Below are positions 63,713-64,000 of a stretch of 64,000 nt of DNA, in pieces. The position numbers and the translations under genes were made by a program. Location: positions 78,492,001 to 78,556,000 of the forward strand of contig OZ024744.1 of assembly GCA_964016885.1 (NCBI GenBank). The letters are read 5' to 3'. A model generated the notes under the pieces. The model did not search any database. It had not been told where the DNA came from and saw only the letters and a list, made by a program, of their open reading frames with translations. Origin of the DNA: Eledone cirrhosa. Lineage: Eukaryota. The first letter of the stretch is position 1. The number at the start of each line of letters is the position of its first letter.

Positions 63713-64000
63713 ATCAGAGCCCTAACATCATTCCTTCATAATCAGCCTATCAACTTTTCAACCCACCCTTGTATAATGTTTACACAAGGTTGCAATTACA
63801 GGTTATCAACTAAATAGTGTTATGCAGTTAAATTGAGTATTCAACGAACTAAATAGAATTAGGAAAAAACATAAAAAGACATTTTGAGTAAATTAATGTT
63901 AAAATGTATATTTTAAATAGAATAATTTTACATATATGCATAAATTGAGAAATGGGTCATAGCGACCTATATATATATATTTTAAATTTAACTTTTTTTC

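Noticed and set aside
62772-64000. A second host gene at the right end
   Set aside because: No convincing exon or protein similarity on either strand

Overview
AT-rich eukaryotic genomic DNA, most likely from an octopus or other coleoid cephalopod (inferred from the CORE/RTE-tail SINEs, RTE LINEs and microsatellite load). The + strand carries the 3' part of the histone H3.3 chaperone gene HIRA. Fifteen GT-AG exons from 23165 to the stop at 47600 splice in consistent phase, from the ASF1-binding B-domain to the C-terminal Hira domain. Two further candidate frame-preserving mini-exons lie at 7510-7536 and 22952-22993. The WD40-coding 5' end must lie upstream of the window. Introns and the 3' flank are packed with mostly decayed transposons: a CR1-like LINE with an uninterrupted 433-aa RT ORF, RTE LINEs (some with an inserted PHD-like finger), two maT/DD37D mariner copies, piggyBac- and pogo-type MITEs, foldback elements, SINEs carrying an expanding 48-bp minisatellite, and Penelope-type minimal hammerhead relics. 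At 57.0-62.8 kb is a near-complete minus-strand CsRn1/Kabuki-clade Ty3/Gypsy element (tRNA-Trp PBS, CHCC Gag, GGGAAAC frameshift site). Its apparent 1.15-kb 'LTRs' are really a ~275-bp LTR plus ~880 bp of its own downstream host flank, copied between the 5' LTR and the PBS. This is the most unusual structure in the window and is either a real local flank capture or a haplotype/assembly artefact. No rRNA, true tRNA or CRISPR array is supported. Most short ORFs in the track are noise.
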